A DNA stretch of 64,000 nt from the human T2T-CHM13v2.0 reference genome, Homo sapiens, in the NCBI RefSeq assembly GCF_009914755.1, contig NC_060940.1; one strand, written 5' to 3'. The number at the start of each line of letters is the position of its first letter. Positions within the stretch are counted from its first letter, which is position 1. A program made the position numbers and the translations under genes. The notes below the pieces were generated by a model, which ran no database searches, was not told the DNA's origin, and saw only the letters and a program-made list of their open reading frames with translations. Positions 18,610-47,195 of the stretch are shown here, piece by piece.

Positions 18610-19455
18610 GTGGGGCTCCCTGAGGACACGGTGAAGCGCTGTGTGCAGCAGCTGGGCCTGGCGCTGGACTTCATGCACGGGCGGCAGCTGGTGCACCGCG
18701 ACATCAAGCCCGAGAACGTGCTGCTGTTCGACCGCGAGTGCCGCCGCGTAAAGCTGGCCGACTTCGGCATGACGCGCCGCGTGGGCTGCCGCGTCAAGCG
18801 CGTGAGCGGCACCATCCCTTACACGGCGCCTGAGGTGTGCCAGGCGGGCCGCGCCGACGGGCTGGCGGTGGACACGGGCGTGGACGTGTGGGCCTTCGGC
18901 GTGCTCATCTTCTGCGTGCTCACCGGCAACTTCCCGTGGGAGGCGGCGTCGGGCGCCGACGCCTTCTTCGAGGAGTTCGTGCGCTGGCAGCGGGGCCGCC
19001 TGCCGGGGCTGCCTTCGCAGTGGCGCCGCTTCACCGAGCCCGCGCTGCGCATGTTCCAGCGCTTACTGGCCCTGGAGCCCGAGCGCCGCGGCCCAGCCAA
19101 GGAGGTGTTCCGCTTCCTCAAGCACGAGCTCACGTCCGAGCTGCGCCGCCGGCCCTCGCACCGCGCGCGCAAGCCCCCCGGGGACCGCCCGCCCGCCGCC
19201 GGGCCACTGCGCCTCGAGGCGCCTGGGCCGCTCAAGCGGACGGTGCTGACCGAGAGCGGCAGCGGCTCCCGGCCCGCGCCCCCCGCCGTCGGGTCGGTGC
19301 CCTTGCCCGTGCCGGTGCCGGTGCCAGTGCCCGTGCCGGTGCCTGTGCCCGAGCCCGGCCTAGCTCCCCAGGGGCCCCCCGGCCGGACCGACGGCCGCGC
19401 GGACAAGAGCAAAGGGCAGGTGGTGCTGGCCACGGCCATCGAGATCTGCGTCTGA
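18610..19455 (+). CDS. SBK1: SBK1 last coding exon ([20 protein letters not shown] motifs; Pro-Val repeat tail); spliced protein 424 aa
   Basis: cccgcAG|GTG acceptor; full kinase C-lobe; TGA at 19453-19455; 143+281=424 aa, the length I recall for SBK1. Confidence 0.97.
   Translation: MGLPEDTVKRCVQQLGLALDFMHGRQLVHRDIKPENVLLFDRECRRVKLADFGMTRRVGCRVKRVSGTIPYTAPEVCQAGRADGLAVDTGVDVWAFGVLIFCVLTGNFPWEAASGADAFFEEFVRWQRGRLPGLPSQWRRFTEPALRMFQRLLALEPERRGPAKEVFRFLKHELTSELRRRPSHRARKPPGDRPPAAGPLRLEAPGPLKRTVLTESGSGSRPAPPAVGSVPLPVPVPVPVPVPVPVPEPGLAPQGPPGRTDGRADKSKGQVVLATAIEICV
19297..19356 (+). repeat. SBK1: Coding (GTGCCN)n hexamer repeat encoding [20 protein letters not shown], the proline-rich SH3-binding segment of SBK1
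   Basis: Seen directly in the sequence and translation; the SH3-binding role is recalled knowledge. Confidence 0.85.
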
Positions 19456-21412
19456 GTCGCCTCCGCCGCCCTCGGACCCGGGAGCAGCCCGGGCCCGCCC
19501 CGAGCCGGTGCCCGGTGCGGCGGTAGGGAATGGAGCCACCTCGCCGCGGGGCAGGGGGCGCAGCGGTAGACTAGGCAGGACGCGGCCCGGCACCTGGTCC
19601 GTCCCCGGCGGGCTGGTGAGGGGGCCACCAAAGACCCCTAGCGCGGCCTGGTGAGCGGGGGCTTGGCCCAGAGGAGCCAAGCCGCACAGACCCGAGAATT
19701 CGGAGGCCACCACACAACACACACACACACACATACACACACACACACACACACGCCAGGAGCAAGGGAGCTTTCGGGCCACACTCCCAGACGCCTCCCT
19801 GAGCCCTGGAACCCGGACTCGTTGCTCCTGGCCTTCCATACCCCCTGGCAGATCATCCTGCGGTCCCACCCCAGATCCCCTCCTCCTCGCCATCCCATTC
19901 TGCCCCCTCCCCACCCTGGGTACAGAAAGGGACTGAAGTGTTGGGCAGAGAGGGGGCTTAAGGCCCCTGGGCACAGGCTGGGATCAGGGCAGTGAGCGAA
20001 GGGCAGCTGTGTCCTGCCCTCCCTTCTGGAGGCTGGAGGGGAGAGGCCAAGCCCTTGGAAAATGTAGCAAATGTCTGGATGTCGCATAAGTGCGTGTATG
20101 TGCGGGACAGGCCCCGAGAAGCTAGTGACTCCTGCACACCCCCATTGCACAAATGAAATCACAGCCCAGGAGGGAGGGTAGCTTGGCACTGGCTGAGAAA
20201 TAGAGCTCTCTCCCCGCCCCTCCCCCTAACCACAAGGGATTGTCCTGACAACTTGTGGGGATAGAAGGGCTCACAGGGCAGGGGTCTCAGCTGCCCCCAT
20301 CCTTAGGGCAGGGGAGTTAGTGTGGAGCCGAGAGCAGGTCCCAGCTCCCCCTGCCAGCCGCACTGTCCCAGGCCCAGGGACCTCTGCCGGGTCCTCCCAG
20401 CCCTTGCCACACAGCCTAGACGTAGTAGCCTGGGCTTCCAGCAGGTGGCGAGCTGGTTCGTGCTGGAAATTTCTCCTGGGTTTCTTGGGGTCAAACATGC
20501 CAACCTCCAAGACCCCATCCTCACGTCTCCCACTTTTCTGGCGCTGGAGTGTGCAGGGCGTAGGACCTGCATGTGTGGGTGTGAGAATGGGGGCGGTGGA
20601 CACCAAGGGGCGAGTGTGTGACTAGGTGTGTGTGCACATGTGTAGGGTGCAGACGCATGGGTGCCATCCTTTGCGTTCAGTGACTGTGCGTCCAGACCCC
20701 TCACCAGCGGCCCCCCCACCACACCCTGGTCCTCCCAGGCAGCTGTCCCAGGGCGCCCAGGCCTGCCTTGCACCACAGCCCTCAGGAAATCCGGCAAGGA
20801 GGCCCCTGCAGGTTGGTTCAGGCCCCCAGGTAGCAAAACAGAGACAACAGCAGCCCCGCCTGACCCCCTGCCCCTCTCTGTGGAGGCCCGGGACCCCCGC
20901 AATAAGCACCACATGGGTGAGGCTGTCCCTGTCAGGGTCCCCTGCCAGGGTCCCTCCTGGGGTTCTGGGCCATTTGAGGGGCTCTTTGATGGGCCAGGCC
21001 GGCCAGAGTGAACTCCGAGCACTTTCTGGCTGGTGCCCCAACCTCTCCACTCCCCACTCATTCCCACCTTGAAAAAGGGCTATAGGTCCCCTGCCCTGCC
21101 CGGGTCCAGTTTACAAACAGTGTGGGGTGGCCCCAGGGCCTGGCCCCACTCTCCCTGCTGTGCCCACTCCTCTCCAGACTCCACCTCCCCAGTGGGTATG
21201 GGCCCTCCACATGCCAGGTAAGTAGCAAACCCCCACTCCCTCCAAGGACCAGGTCTCAGAGAAGGCCCTGGTCACTGCCCCCGGCCCACCTGGAGCCCAT
21301 CGGGGCTGCCTCTCCCAGCCGCGACTTCTCCTTTTGCCTTAGGCCTCGCGACATCCTGATCTCTCCTGCAATAACTAGGAATCGAGATTCCACAGTAGAC
21401 GTCCCTTGCCGT

Positions 21413-21431
21413 GCTCGCTCTCTCTCTCGCG

Positions 21432-21488
<57 letters not shown>

Positions 21489-21510
21489 CTTTCTCTCTCT
21501 CCCTCTCTCT
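21413..21510. repeat. (CT)n polypyrimidine microsatellite with an embedded (CG)4, in the SBK1 3' UTR
   Basis: Seen directly; a (CA)n run also lies at about 19712-19755. Confidence 0.9.
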
Positions 21511-22328
21511 GTTAAGATCCTGTTCGGGAGTTTCCCCAGCCGTTGTAGTATCTAGTATGTTAGAGTTGGGAGGGGACCATAGTTATGTAGCCCAGCCCCC
21601 TCATTCCCAGAGGCACCCAGAGGGCCAGCCTCCAGCCTGACCCCAGAGCAGAACCGGAACACCAGGTTGGGGCCCTGGTGCTGCCACCTCCTCTGCTGGT
21701 CGGGCTGGGACCCTTTGCCCCTTAGGAGAGGTGTTGGTCACAGATGTTTACCTCAGTTTATGTCACTGTCGAAGAAACAAAAAATAATAGCAAAAAATAA
21801 CACTGTAGACATGAAGACTTAGAAGACAAAAAAAAAAAAATCACACAAAAAATCTCCCTTGTTGCGATTCTTCTGTGAAGGTACAGTGTGTATGTGTGTA
21901 TGTGTGTATGTGTGTGCGTGTCTCTGTCCCAGACCCTGTGTCCCCCACACTGCCCCCTGTCCTTCGGTGCTTCCCAGAGACCCCTCTGAGCTGGCCTGTG
22001 GGGCACGGGAAGCCCCCTGGATGGGAGGCGGGGCCACAGGTCGGCTAGAGGGTCTCCACCAGGCCCACTGAACAGAACCCCACGGCTGCCAGAATGTTCC
22101 CTGAGCCCACACTGTGGCCAGTGGGACAGTCCTGGTGGCTGACATCAGCGTCCATGCTTGGCTCAGGGCCTGGGGCGGGGTCCTGGGTAGAGTCCTAGCC
22201 CCAGAGCCCCAGCCCCTCATGTCTTGCCGCCCTTCCTCCATGTGTTTGTAAATACTCTGGCATCCTTTGGCCCTGAGAAGGTTTTTAAATGTGTTATTTA
22301 CTTCTCTAAACATGACGATTGCTATAAA

Positions 22329-22334
22329 AATAAA
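22329..22334 (+). terminator. SBK1: SBK1 polyadenylation signal AATAAA
   Basis: Canonical hexamer after an AU-rich segment, followed by GU/U-rich sequence (gtggctgtcttttct). Confidence 0.75.
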
Positions 22335-22440
22335 CAAAAGTTTAGAAAAATGACCACTGGGTGGCTGTCTTTTCTCAAGTTTGGGGTGGAGAGGGCGGTG
22401 GGGGTGGGGGCACACAGGTACTCTAGAAACTGAAAACTTG

Positions 22441-25080
<2,640 letters not shown>

Positions 25081-25081
25081 A

Positions 25082-25240
25082 TACAGTGTGCAATAAATGT
25101 AACGTGCTTGAATCATCCTGAAACCATCCCTCCATCCCCATCTTCGCTTCACCCCACCCCACCCCACCCCTGGTCCGTGAAAAAATGGTCTTCCACAAAA
25201 CCAGTCCCTGGTGCCAAAAAGCGTGGCGACTGCTGTTCTA
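25082..25240 (+). mobile_element. MER1-type (hAT-Charlie) DNA transposon, 3' part
   Basis: ggtccgtgaaaaaatggtcttccacaaaaccagtccctggtgccaaaaag matches the recalled MER1B end. Confidence 0.75.
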
Positions 25241-25580
25241 AAGAGCAAAACAGACATTCTATAAGTTACATAATTATATATGAAATGATGGGGTGGGGGC
25301 AGAAAGAAAAAGAGAGGGAGGGCAAAAAGAACAGCAAAAAGCCCTACCGGGGCAGAAAGGACTGCTACCCAACTATTTGATTTGGTATATGTTAAAGAAA
25401 AGCTCTGTCATTTCAAAATGTCTGCCGCTTCTCTGCCATGATAAGGGTGTCATCCACTTTAATGGATTGTTAGGGGATAGAGGAGAAATCTACAAAGCAA
25501 AAGAGCATCACTGGTTCCCCAGCTTGGTGGACAAACATCACCTCTTCAGATCCCCCACTTAGCCACAGAGTGGCGGGACT

Positions 25581-25596
25581 TGCCACTAGGGGGCCC
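25581..25596 (+). promoter_or_regulatory. CTCF-like motif TGCCACTAGGGGGCCC
   Basis: Close match to the CTCF core CCAC/GYAGRKGGCRS, in non-repeat DNA. Confidence 0.55.
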
Positions 25597-25916
25597 AGGC
25601 TTTCGGCAGCCATGGCTTCTGTCTCCGCCATTCACTCATGTCACTGCTGAATTCACTTGGGCAATATCAGGCATCCTCCAGGCTACAAAGCTTTTGCCCT
25701 GCCGTGCCCATGGCTTGACTGGAAGGGCTTCTAATCTCACCCACACGCTGCAAGAGAACTAGCCCTGTCCCTGTAGCCCCTTCTATCCTTTAATTTAGCC
25801 TTGGTCGCCTCCCCTGATCATGGCACATTCCTTCTTGAGGGTGCTGGTACCCTGTCCATAGTCTTCCATCCAGACTAATCAGTCTATCAAAAAGGTTCCA
25901 ATAACATTAAACTTCC

Positions 25917-28688
<2,772 letters not shown>

Positions 28689-28735
28689 TCATTACAATTG
28701 TAATAAGGACCACAAGATGCTAAGAGTAATGAGAT

Positions 28736-29615
<880 letters not shown>

Positions 29616-29850
29616 ATTGGTTCCCAGTGAAACCTCATCTGTAAGACCTCTGAGCCACCAGTATCCACGGGGCTTGTCCTATAACAGCTCTTGTGCAATC
29701 CAGTAGCCTTGAACACTGGAAGCCACTGAGCCCTTCTGTGAGTAGATGCACACCTCTGAGGCTAAGATTACTGGTGTACTCATTGGGACCAGTTTGGTCT
29801 CAGTGACTGAAAACTCAACCCAAACTTGTTCATTTGGAAAGGAAAAGTCA

Positions 29851-35087
<5,237 letters not shown>

Positions 35088-35096
35088 AACAGATGA

Positions 35097-35793
<697 letters not shown>

Positions 35794-36084
35794 GATATAC
35801 TGTAGAAAAGAATAGTCCGTAAATTCCCCAGCAGTAACACTTCGCATATTTTGCCTCTTATTACTTGGAGTATACTGTGTTTCATATGGCTTTTTAAACT
35901 TTGTAAAAACTGCAGCAAGTGCCTGATTACTTAGGGCTTGTTTATCTAGTGACAGACTATTTAGTCCATTAATTTTGTGCTGTACAACAGGAAAGAGAGA
36001 GAAAGAAAATGACTTCTGAAGAGACTGAATCATCTTTATGTCCTCTATGGTAGTTGGCACTTGGTAGATATTAAATAAACAACA

Positions 36085-40900
<4,816 letters not shown>

Positions 40901-41027
40901 AATATTTTACATAACCAACCACTTCTAAAGATTAAAAAAAAAAACCCTACAATTAATTAAAAACCTCAGGTCCCTCAGGCAATCATACCAGATATTGAAA
41001 CAAAGCAATAACATAAGGACTGCAGTA

Positions 41028-41057
41028 TTTATTTTATTTTTATATTATTTATTTATT
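41028..41057 (-). terminator. NPIPB6: Cluster of AATAAA polyadenylation signals for the NPIP gene
   Basis: Four TTTATT on + (41028, 41033, 41048, 41052), about 65-95 nt past the stop codon. Confidence 0.7.
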
Positions 41058-41122
41058 CTTCGTTAGTTTGTTTTTGGAGCGTGGGTTTTGTTTTGTTTTT
41101 TGATTTTTTTCTTTTTTTCGAC

Positions 41123-41767
41123 CTACGGATTTATTCTTATTGCCCAGGCTTGAGTGCAATGGCGTGTTCTCAGCTTACTCAACCTCCGCCTCTTGGGTTT
41201 GGGTAATTGTTGTGCCTCGGCCTCCCTCTGCCTCTTGGGCTTGGGCGATTGTTCCACCTCATCCACCCTCCGCCTCTTGGGTTTCGGTGATTGTTCCACC
41301 TCATCCACCCTCCACCTCTTGGGTTTGGGTGGTTTTTCCACCTCGGCCTCCTGAGTAGCTAAGGGAGGAGTCTTGAGATTATCATCCACTGAGGGTGGAA
41401 GAGGAGAGGGTGGAAGCGGGACAAAGAGACATTCCTTCAGATTATCATCCACTGAGGGTGGAAGAGGAGAGGGTGGAAGCGGGACAAAGAGACATTCCTT
41501 CAGATTATCATCCACTGAGGGTGGAAGAGGAGAGGGTGGAAGAGGAGCAAGAGGACACTCCTTGATATTATCATCCACTGAGGGTGGAAGGGGAGTGAGC
41601 AGACACTCAGGAGGTGTCTTGAGGCTCAGGGAGTTATCAGTTATAGAATGTTGTTGAGTTGGAGGAGGTGGCTGGCGGCCCATCCTGTTTTTTAAAGTTT
41701 CAGCTGTGAGGTAGAGCCAGTAGGGCAATCCTGAAGAATGACGATGCTCCGCTGCCGCCATTCTGAC
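41123..41767 (-). CDS. NPIPB6: NPIP last coding exon ([17 protein letters not shown]...AIRINP*), 214 aa, with two coding VNTRs
   Basis: ccctacAG|GTC acceptor; NPIP signature [11 protein letters not shown] repeats; TAG at 41123-41125. Confidence 0.93.
   Translation of the reverse strand, partial: VRMAAAEHRHSSGLPYWLYLTAETLKNRMGRQPPPPTQQHSITDNSLSLKTPPECLLTPLPPSVDDNIKECPLAPLPPSPLPPSVDDNLKECLFVPLPPSPLPPSVDDNLKECLFVPLPPSPLPPSVDDNLKTPPLATQEAEVEKPPKPKRWRVDEVEQSPKPKRRRVDEVEQSPKPKRQREAEAQQLPKPKRRRLSKLRTRHCTQAWAIRINP
41183..41350 (-). repeat. NPIPB6: Coding tandem repeat, 4 x 42 bp (14 aa, [14 protein letters not shown]), derived from Alu
   Basis: cctcttggg recurs at 41189, 41231, 41273 and 41315; unit and flanks align by eye to the Alu right arm. 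Confidence 0.9.
41372..41625 (-). repeat. NPIPB6: Coding VNTR with 63-bp period (21 aa, [21 protein letters not shown]), about 3.5-4 copies
   Basis: atcatccact recurs at 41381, 41444, 41507 and 41570. Confidence 0.92.
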
Positions 41768-43126
41768 CTGTAGGGCCAAAGGAGGGAATGTTTTCACACA
41801 TATTCATTTGATGGACAAAATTACCACCACCAACACAGTCTGCACCTTCTGTTGCTGGTGATAGATTTTTGCACCTTTCCATCCTCCAGGTTTCAAAATA
41901 GCAGTATCAGTGTCATAATATCACCCTTCCACTGAGTACTGCCGACAGCTGGGGGGTAAAGAAAAGTCATTGGGACACACTGTTGTCTCCACATGCCACT
42001 GTGTCTGTCTGCAAATGTAGGCAGGCTGGGGTCCTGCCCCAGGGAAGACAGAGTCATAACAGAGTAATAAAGAAGCATGTTTGAGACACAGGAGTGTCTA
42101 TGTCTATCCTCATTCCTCCCTCACAGCCATCACCAGAGCATGTTTCTTGCACCAGGTCAACAGACAGTAAGAGACAGTAAGAGAGGCATGAAAAGCCCAT
42201 TGTCCACACATGTTGCAGCTTCTTTTTGGAGAATGTTTTCCAGGCCTTTCATGTTCTGTCTCTGACTCTCAGAACTCTGCAAGGTCAGTGTGACCACCCT
42301 GCTCCAAATCTAAGAAAACAGAGGTTTCCAGAGGAAGGAGAAATTGTGCCCAGGGTCACACAGCTTGCAAGAGGCAGAGTGGAAGTTGATTCCAGCTCTG
42401 CCTGCAGGACCCTCTCATTTCCCCTCTGTTTCCCTTCTTGACAAAGGATCTTCTTCACTCTGGAGGTGCCACCCATGAGAACAAAGAGCTCTGGAGAGAT
42501 GTGGATTCCTGAAGAGCTGCAGGGGAACTGGGAGAGGGTTTTCTGACAGAACAATCTCACCTCAAGAAGTCACTTAGGCATGGCTGTAATATTTCTTTTC
42601 ACTCCCAGGTAATACCAAATTGTAAGTGCACTAGGACATAAAGAATACTTTTGTCCATGGAAAAATGAGGTGGGAATTCTAAACAAAGCAAGTTTTAAAA
42701 CTGTGTTTCACTTCAAGTGTACAAGTCCCATCACGTGTAATCATAGGACTCGGCAGCTTTTGAAGGTACAGAGGCCACACAAGAACCAGCTTAGCTGAGC
42801 ATCATTTAAGGCCTTCATTTGGAATTGTCCCTGTGGGTAATAAGTTACATTCACTCTTCACTAATTTACAGTCAGGGCCCATTTGCTATTACAAATATGG
42901 AACCTCTGACACTTTGAATTTAGATCAGGGGCCCCACTGGGTGGGGATGAAGGTGTTTTTGCACAACACGGTTACCAACAGGGATGGGACTGTGATGCCT
43001 GTAGGCAGCCTTCCTCTCTGCCATCTCCCTCTGCAGGGCTTGAGCACAGAGCTGTAGGGAGAAAAATGTATCCATGTCCTGACCTGGCAGACTATGTTCA
43101 AAAGCAAGGAAAACAAACAAACTTAC

Positions 43127-43162
43127 CCAGTTGCAAAGAGGCTTTCTTGCAGAAGGGGGGAT
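43127..43162 (-). CDS. NPIPB6: NPIP micro-exon IPPSARKPLCNW (36 nt)
   Basis: tttttcAG|ATC ... TGG|GTaagt; phase 0/0; matches the NPIP family sequence. Confidence 0.92.
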
Positions 43163-43271
43163 CTGAAAAAGCCAACACATGAGAAATTGAATGTTGAGAG
43201 AGTCTAAGAGCCGTGGCATCATCTGCATCAGCACTGAACTATCCTGCAACTGCGGGGAGGAAGCTCCTTAC

Positions 43272-43332
43272 TTTGCATTTGTGGTAGTCCTCTGCCCGCC
43301 GCCGCAACTCTTGCGCACGTTGAAACATTTTC
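43272..43332 (-). CDS. NPIPB6: NPIP exon (Q)KMFQRAQELRRRAEDYHKCK (61 nt)
   Basis: ccatAG|G ... AAA|GTaagg; phase 2/0. Confidence 0.92.
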
Positions 43333-43579
43333 CTATGGATTACAATCACTTTCATCAGATAAAGCACCACGTTCAGGATGATTTTAAATAATCTGCCATG
43401 TTTCTGTTATCCTCACAACTGTACCCTTACACAATCTATCTCTACCTAGAAAACGTATTTCAGATGGCTATAAGAGTACAGTCTGAGCCGGTCACGGTGG
43501 CTGATGCCTGTAGTCCCAGCACTCTGGGAGGGCGAGGCGGATGGATCACGAGGTCAGGAGATTGAGACCATCCTGGCTA

Positions 43580-43846
<267 letters not shown>

Positions 43847-44353
43847 TTACTGCCTGTTGACTTCTGAGATGATAGTTTCCTTCCCCATTCTCAGTATATC
43901 CCTAATTCATCCTTCATTGAGCATCTTTTATCATAAAGCTGTATTCTCTTTGTATTAATATCCTTACCGTGTTTCACAGGGCAGAAACAGCTGGGCTTAT
44001 AAACAGGCATAGTCCTTTTGAAGGATGTGGTTGATCCTACAACAACACACTTTCCTAAGGATGACAACAACTCACCCCACCCCTAGAATGGCTGGTATGA
44101 ACCGAGTTTCCACACAGTCTAGCTGGCAATGGGGTCAGGAGCCGTTTTGCTACTTCACATCTTTTGGTCACTGGTAAATATTAAGGTACTTTGTTTTCTG
44201 TTTTGTGAACTCTCTCTCGCTCTCTCTCACGATATGTCTTCTGACCATTTGTTTCTATTTCTGCATTTACTGGGTCTAAACATTGTACAGAGGTTAAAAA
44301 CAGCACTCCAATGGGCGTTTCCCAGGAGGGTGGGGTTCAGTTTCTGAACTCAC

Positions 44354-44461
44354 TTGTAGGTGTGTATTTCTTTCATATCCAATTTCCCATTTTCCTCTGC
44401 CTCTGATACCTGCCTCTCCTTTTCTGCGTGCTCACATTCTTTCATGCTTAGTTTCCTCAGG
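44354..44461 (-). pseudogene. NPIPB6: Silenced NPIP exon ([35 protein letters not shown]) whose acceptor reads AA instead of AG
   Basis: Open 108-nt phase-2/2 exon with intact |GTgagt donor; the acceptor reads ccttctAA|c. The equivalent exon is coding in NPIPA-type proteins as I recall them. Confidence 0.8.
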
Positions 44462-46429
44462 TTAGAAGGGAGAGAAATGCACACACATGATCCACCAGTC
44501 CATGTGGGATTCCCTCTGCCCTTCTGGCATCTGAAGGCTGTGATTCAAAGATCCCCCCTGCAACCTTCCCACAAATGAACCAACTGATTCTCACAACCGA
44601 AGGGAGAATGGACACCTCCCATTGAGGGACCAAAAAAAATCACACTCTGGCCTGCTGGCAAGTCACCTGTCATTTCCAGCTCATCTTCATAGTTCCATAG
44701 TTAGTCCTATTCTTTAGTAAATATAAAGACTATTAAAAGCTTCTATGAGGTGCACTATGTGTGTCTCTGGGGTCAGTCTTGTGCTTGACACAGCGAAAGA
44801 TCATTTTAGTTCAGTGTGAAAAACCAGACCTCACCAACTCATCACAACTAACTCCATCGGAAGCAGAGGATTGCTCCTCATCTGACTCTTCCTGTGTGAG
44901 ACCTGCTTCTCAGTCAGAGGCTGATGCCGGAACTGAGACCATCAGCCATAGAGAGATCCTTCCAGAATATGGTGTCATTAACCCCGCAGTTCACTACTGC
45001 ACTTTGCCATGATTCAGGACTGGAACTCTTGTCATCGACTTTAAAGATCCTGGTTGAGAGAAAAGGCAATCTGAATGCTGGGCGCATCTATTGAATTAGA
45101 AATGATCGGAATGGCTCCTAAGTCAGGGTGTTATGTCCTGAAAATAGGTGACAACGGCAAACCATCCACCCTGGTGTTGACTGACTTTAACAAGGTTCAC
45201 TTCACAGACATTGAGGGCAGAAAAAGGAAATGGCCTAAAAAGGGTAAGTTTGCTGTGTTGCCCTCACACCACTTGATTCATGGTCCTGATCCTAAGGATC
45301 TCACCTGATACTTGGTTTTATAGGAAGGATGTGTAAAATTCCCAGAACGCTAGGAAACAGGGGCGAAAACACTTCAAAGAGAAAGTTAATGAACTTGTTT
45401 CTGACCACAGGGCATCCTTCAGCACATGCTGTCTGGAGTGGCCTCCAACAAGGAGTGTGTGGTGTGGTGCTGAGAATGCAATGGGAGCAGGGTCCTGTCC
45501 CCACGGTAAAGAAGCTCACAGCTTAATGCAAATGAGAAGCCAGTGAGGACATCACTACTCCTGCTGTCCACTTGGGAACTAGAAACACAAAACCTGACTC
45601 TGGAGGGAAGCTAAGGAAGCATTCTACTCTTGAGTTGACATAAGTGCATCTGAAGCTTCTGATCTCTGATGAGAACAATGGGGGACACCAAACAGAATAT
45701 AAAACCCATGATTGAATACATCAAATTGCTAACATGGCAGTAAACAGACATGAGGTGAAGATGGAGAAGAAGGAAACCCAGGACGAAAGTCAGCCTCGCA
45801 TTTGGAACCCATTTCCCTGAGTTTCATTGCTGAATTCCAGAAGGAACTACTGAGATGCAAAGAAGCACAGCAGCTTTTGCACACATGCGTGGGATTAGAT
45901 GGAAAACAAGTGGATTGAGGGTCTGCCAATGAAAGCGACCCGTACTGAAATCCACTGGCTCTGGTTGAGACCCAGAAGAGTCATGCATCAGAATAGAGGT
46001 GGACAGGAAATACCCTGGCCTTTGTAGGGACTGAGCCTGCACCGACGACCTCAATTGCAGCCTGTATGGAGGACCCGTGACCATCCCCCAGAAGTAGACT
46101 CCCATCTCTTCTGCAGCAAGATAACATGCCACTAGGCCTCAATTCATTGCTAAATATTTTTTAACAAGTATCTCACATTTAACAAAAAGAGATCAGTCAT
46201 ATGGCAGCAAAATACAATGTAATATGACCAAAACATGAAAGACTGTGAAAATGAATCTGGAGGTGACCCAAGCATTGAATTCAACAATCCAGGCTGGGTG
46301 CGGTGGCTCACACTGGGAGGCTGAGGTAGGCAGATCACCTGAGGTCAGGAGTTCAAGACTAGCCTGGCCAACATGGTGAACCCCTGTCTCTACTAAAAAT
46401 ACAAAAATTGGGCCGGGCACGGTGGCTCA

Positions 46430-46747
<318 letters not shown>

Positions 46748-46940
46748 CTACTCAGGAAGCTGAGGCAGAATTGCTTCAAACTGGGAGGCAGAGGTTGCAG
46801 TGAGCCAAGATTGCACCATAGCACTCCAGCCTGGGCGACAGAGTGAGATTCTATCTCAAAATTTAAAAAAAAAAAAAGGCTGGATGTGGTGGCTCACGCC
46901 TCTAATCCCAGCACTTTGGGAGGCTGAGGCAGGTGGATTA

Positions 46941-47195
<255 letters not shown>

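Larger units (their letters stand above)
18450..19700. promoter_or_regulatory. Intragenic CpG island over the SBK1 last exon
   Basis: Very high GC and CpG density compared with the CpG-depleted flanks. Confidence 0.85.
19456..22350 (+). other. SBK1: SBK1 3' UTR (about 2.9 kb, no Alus)
   Basis: Runs from the stop codon to AATAAA at 22329; Alus resume right after, at 22441. Confidence 0.75.

Noticed and set aside
18819-19974. Long antisense and alternate-frame ORFs (270, 229 and 204 aa) over the SBK1 last exon
   Set aside because: Expected shadow ORFs of GC-rich coding DNA; no domain or independent splice support.
20303-21640. ORFs of 140-254 aa in the SBK1 3' UTR
   Set aside because: Low-complexity, GC-rich or microsatellite translations with no recognisable homology.
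41183-41625. Repeat arrays resembling CRISPR repeat-spacer structure
   Set aside because: Head-to-tail in-frame coding VNTRs without unique spacers, in a primate gene.
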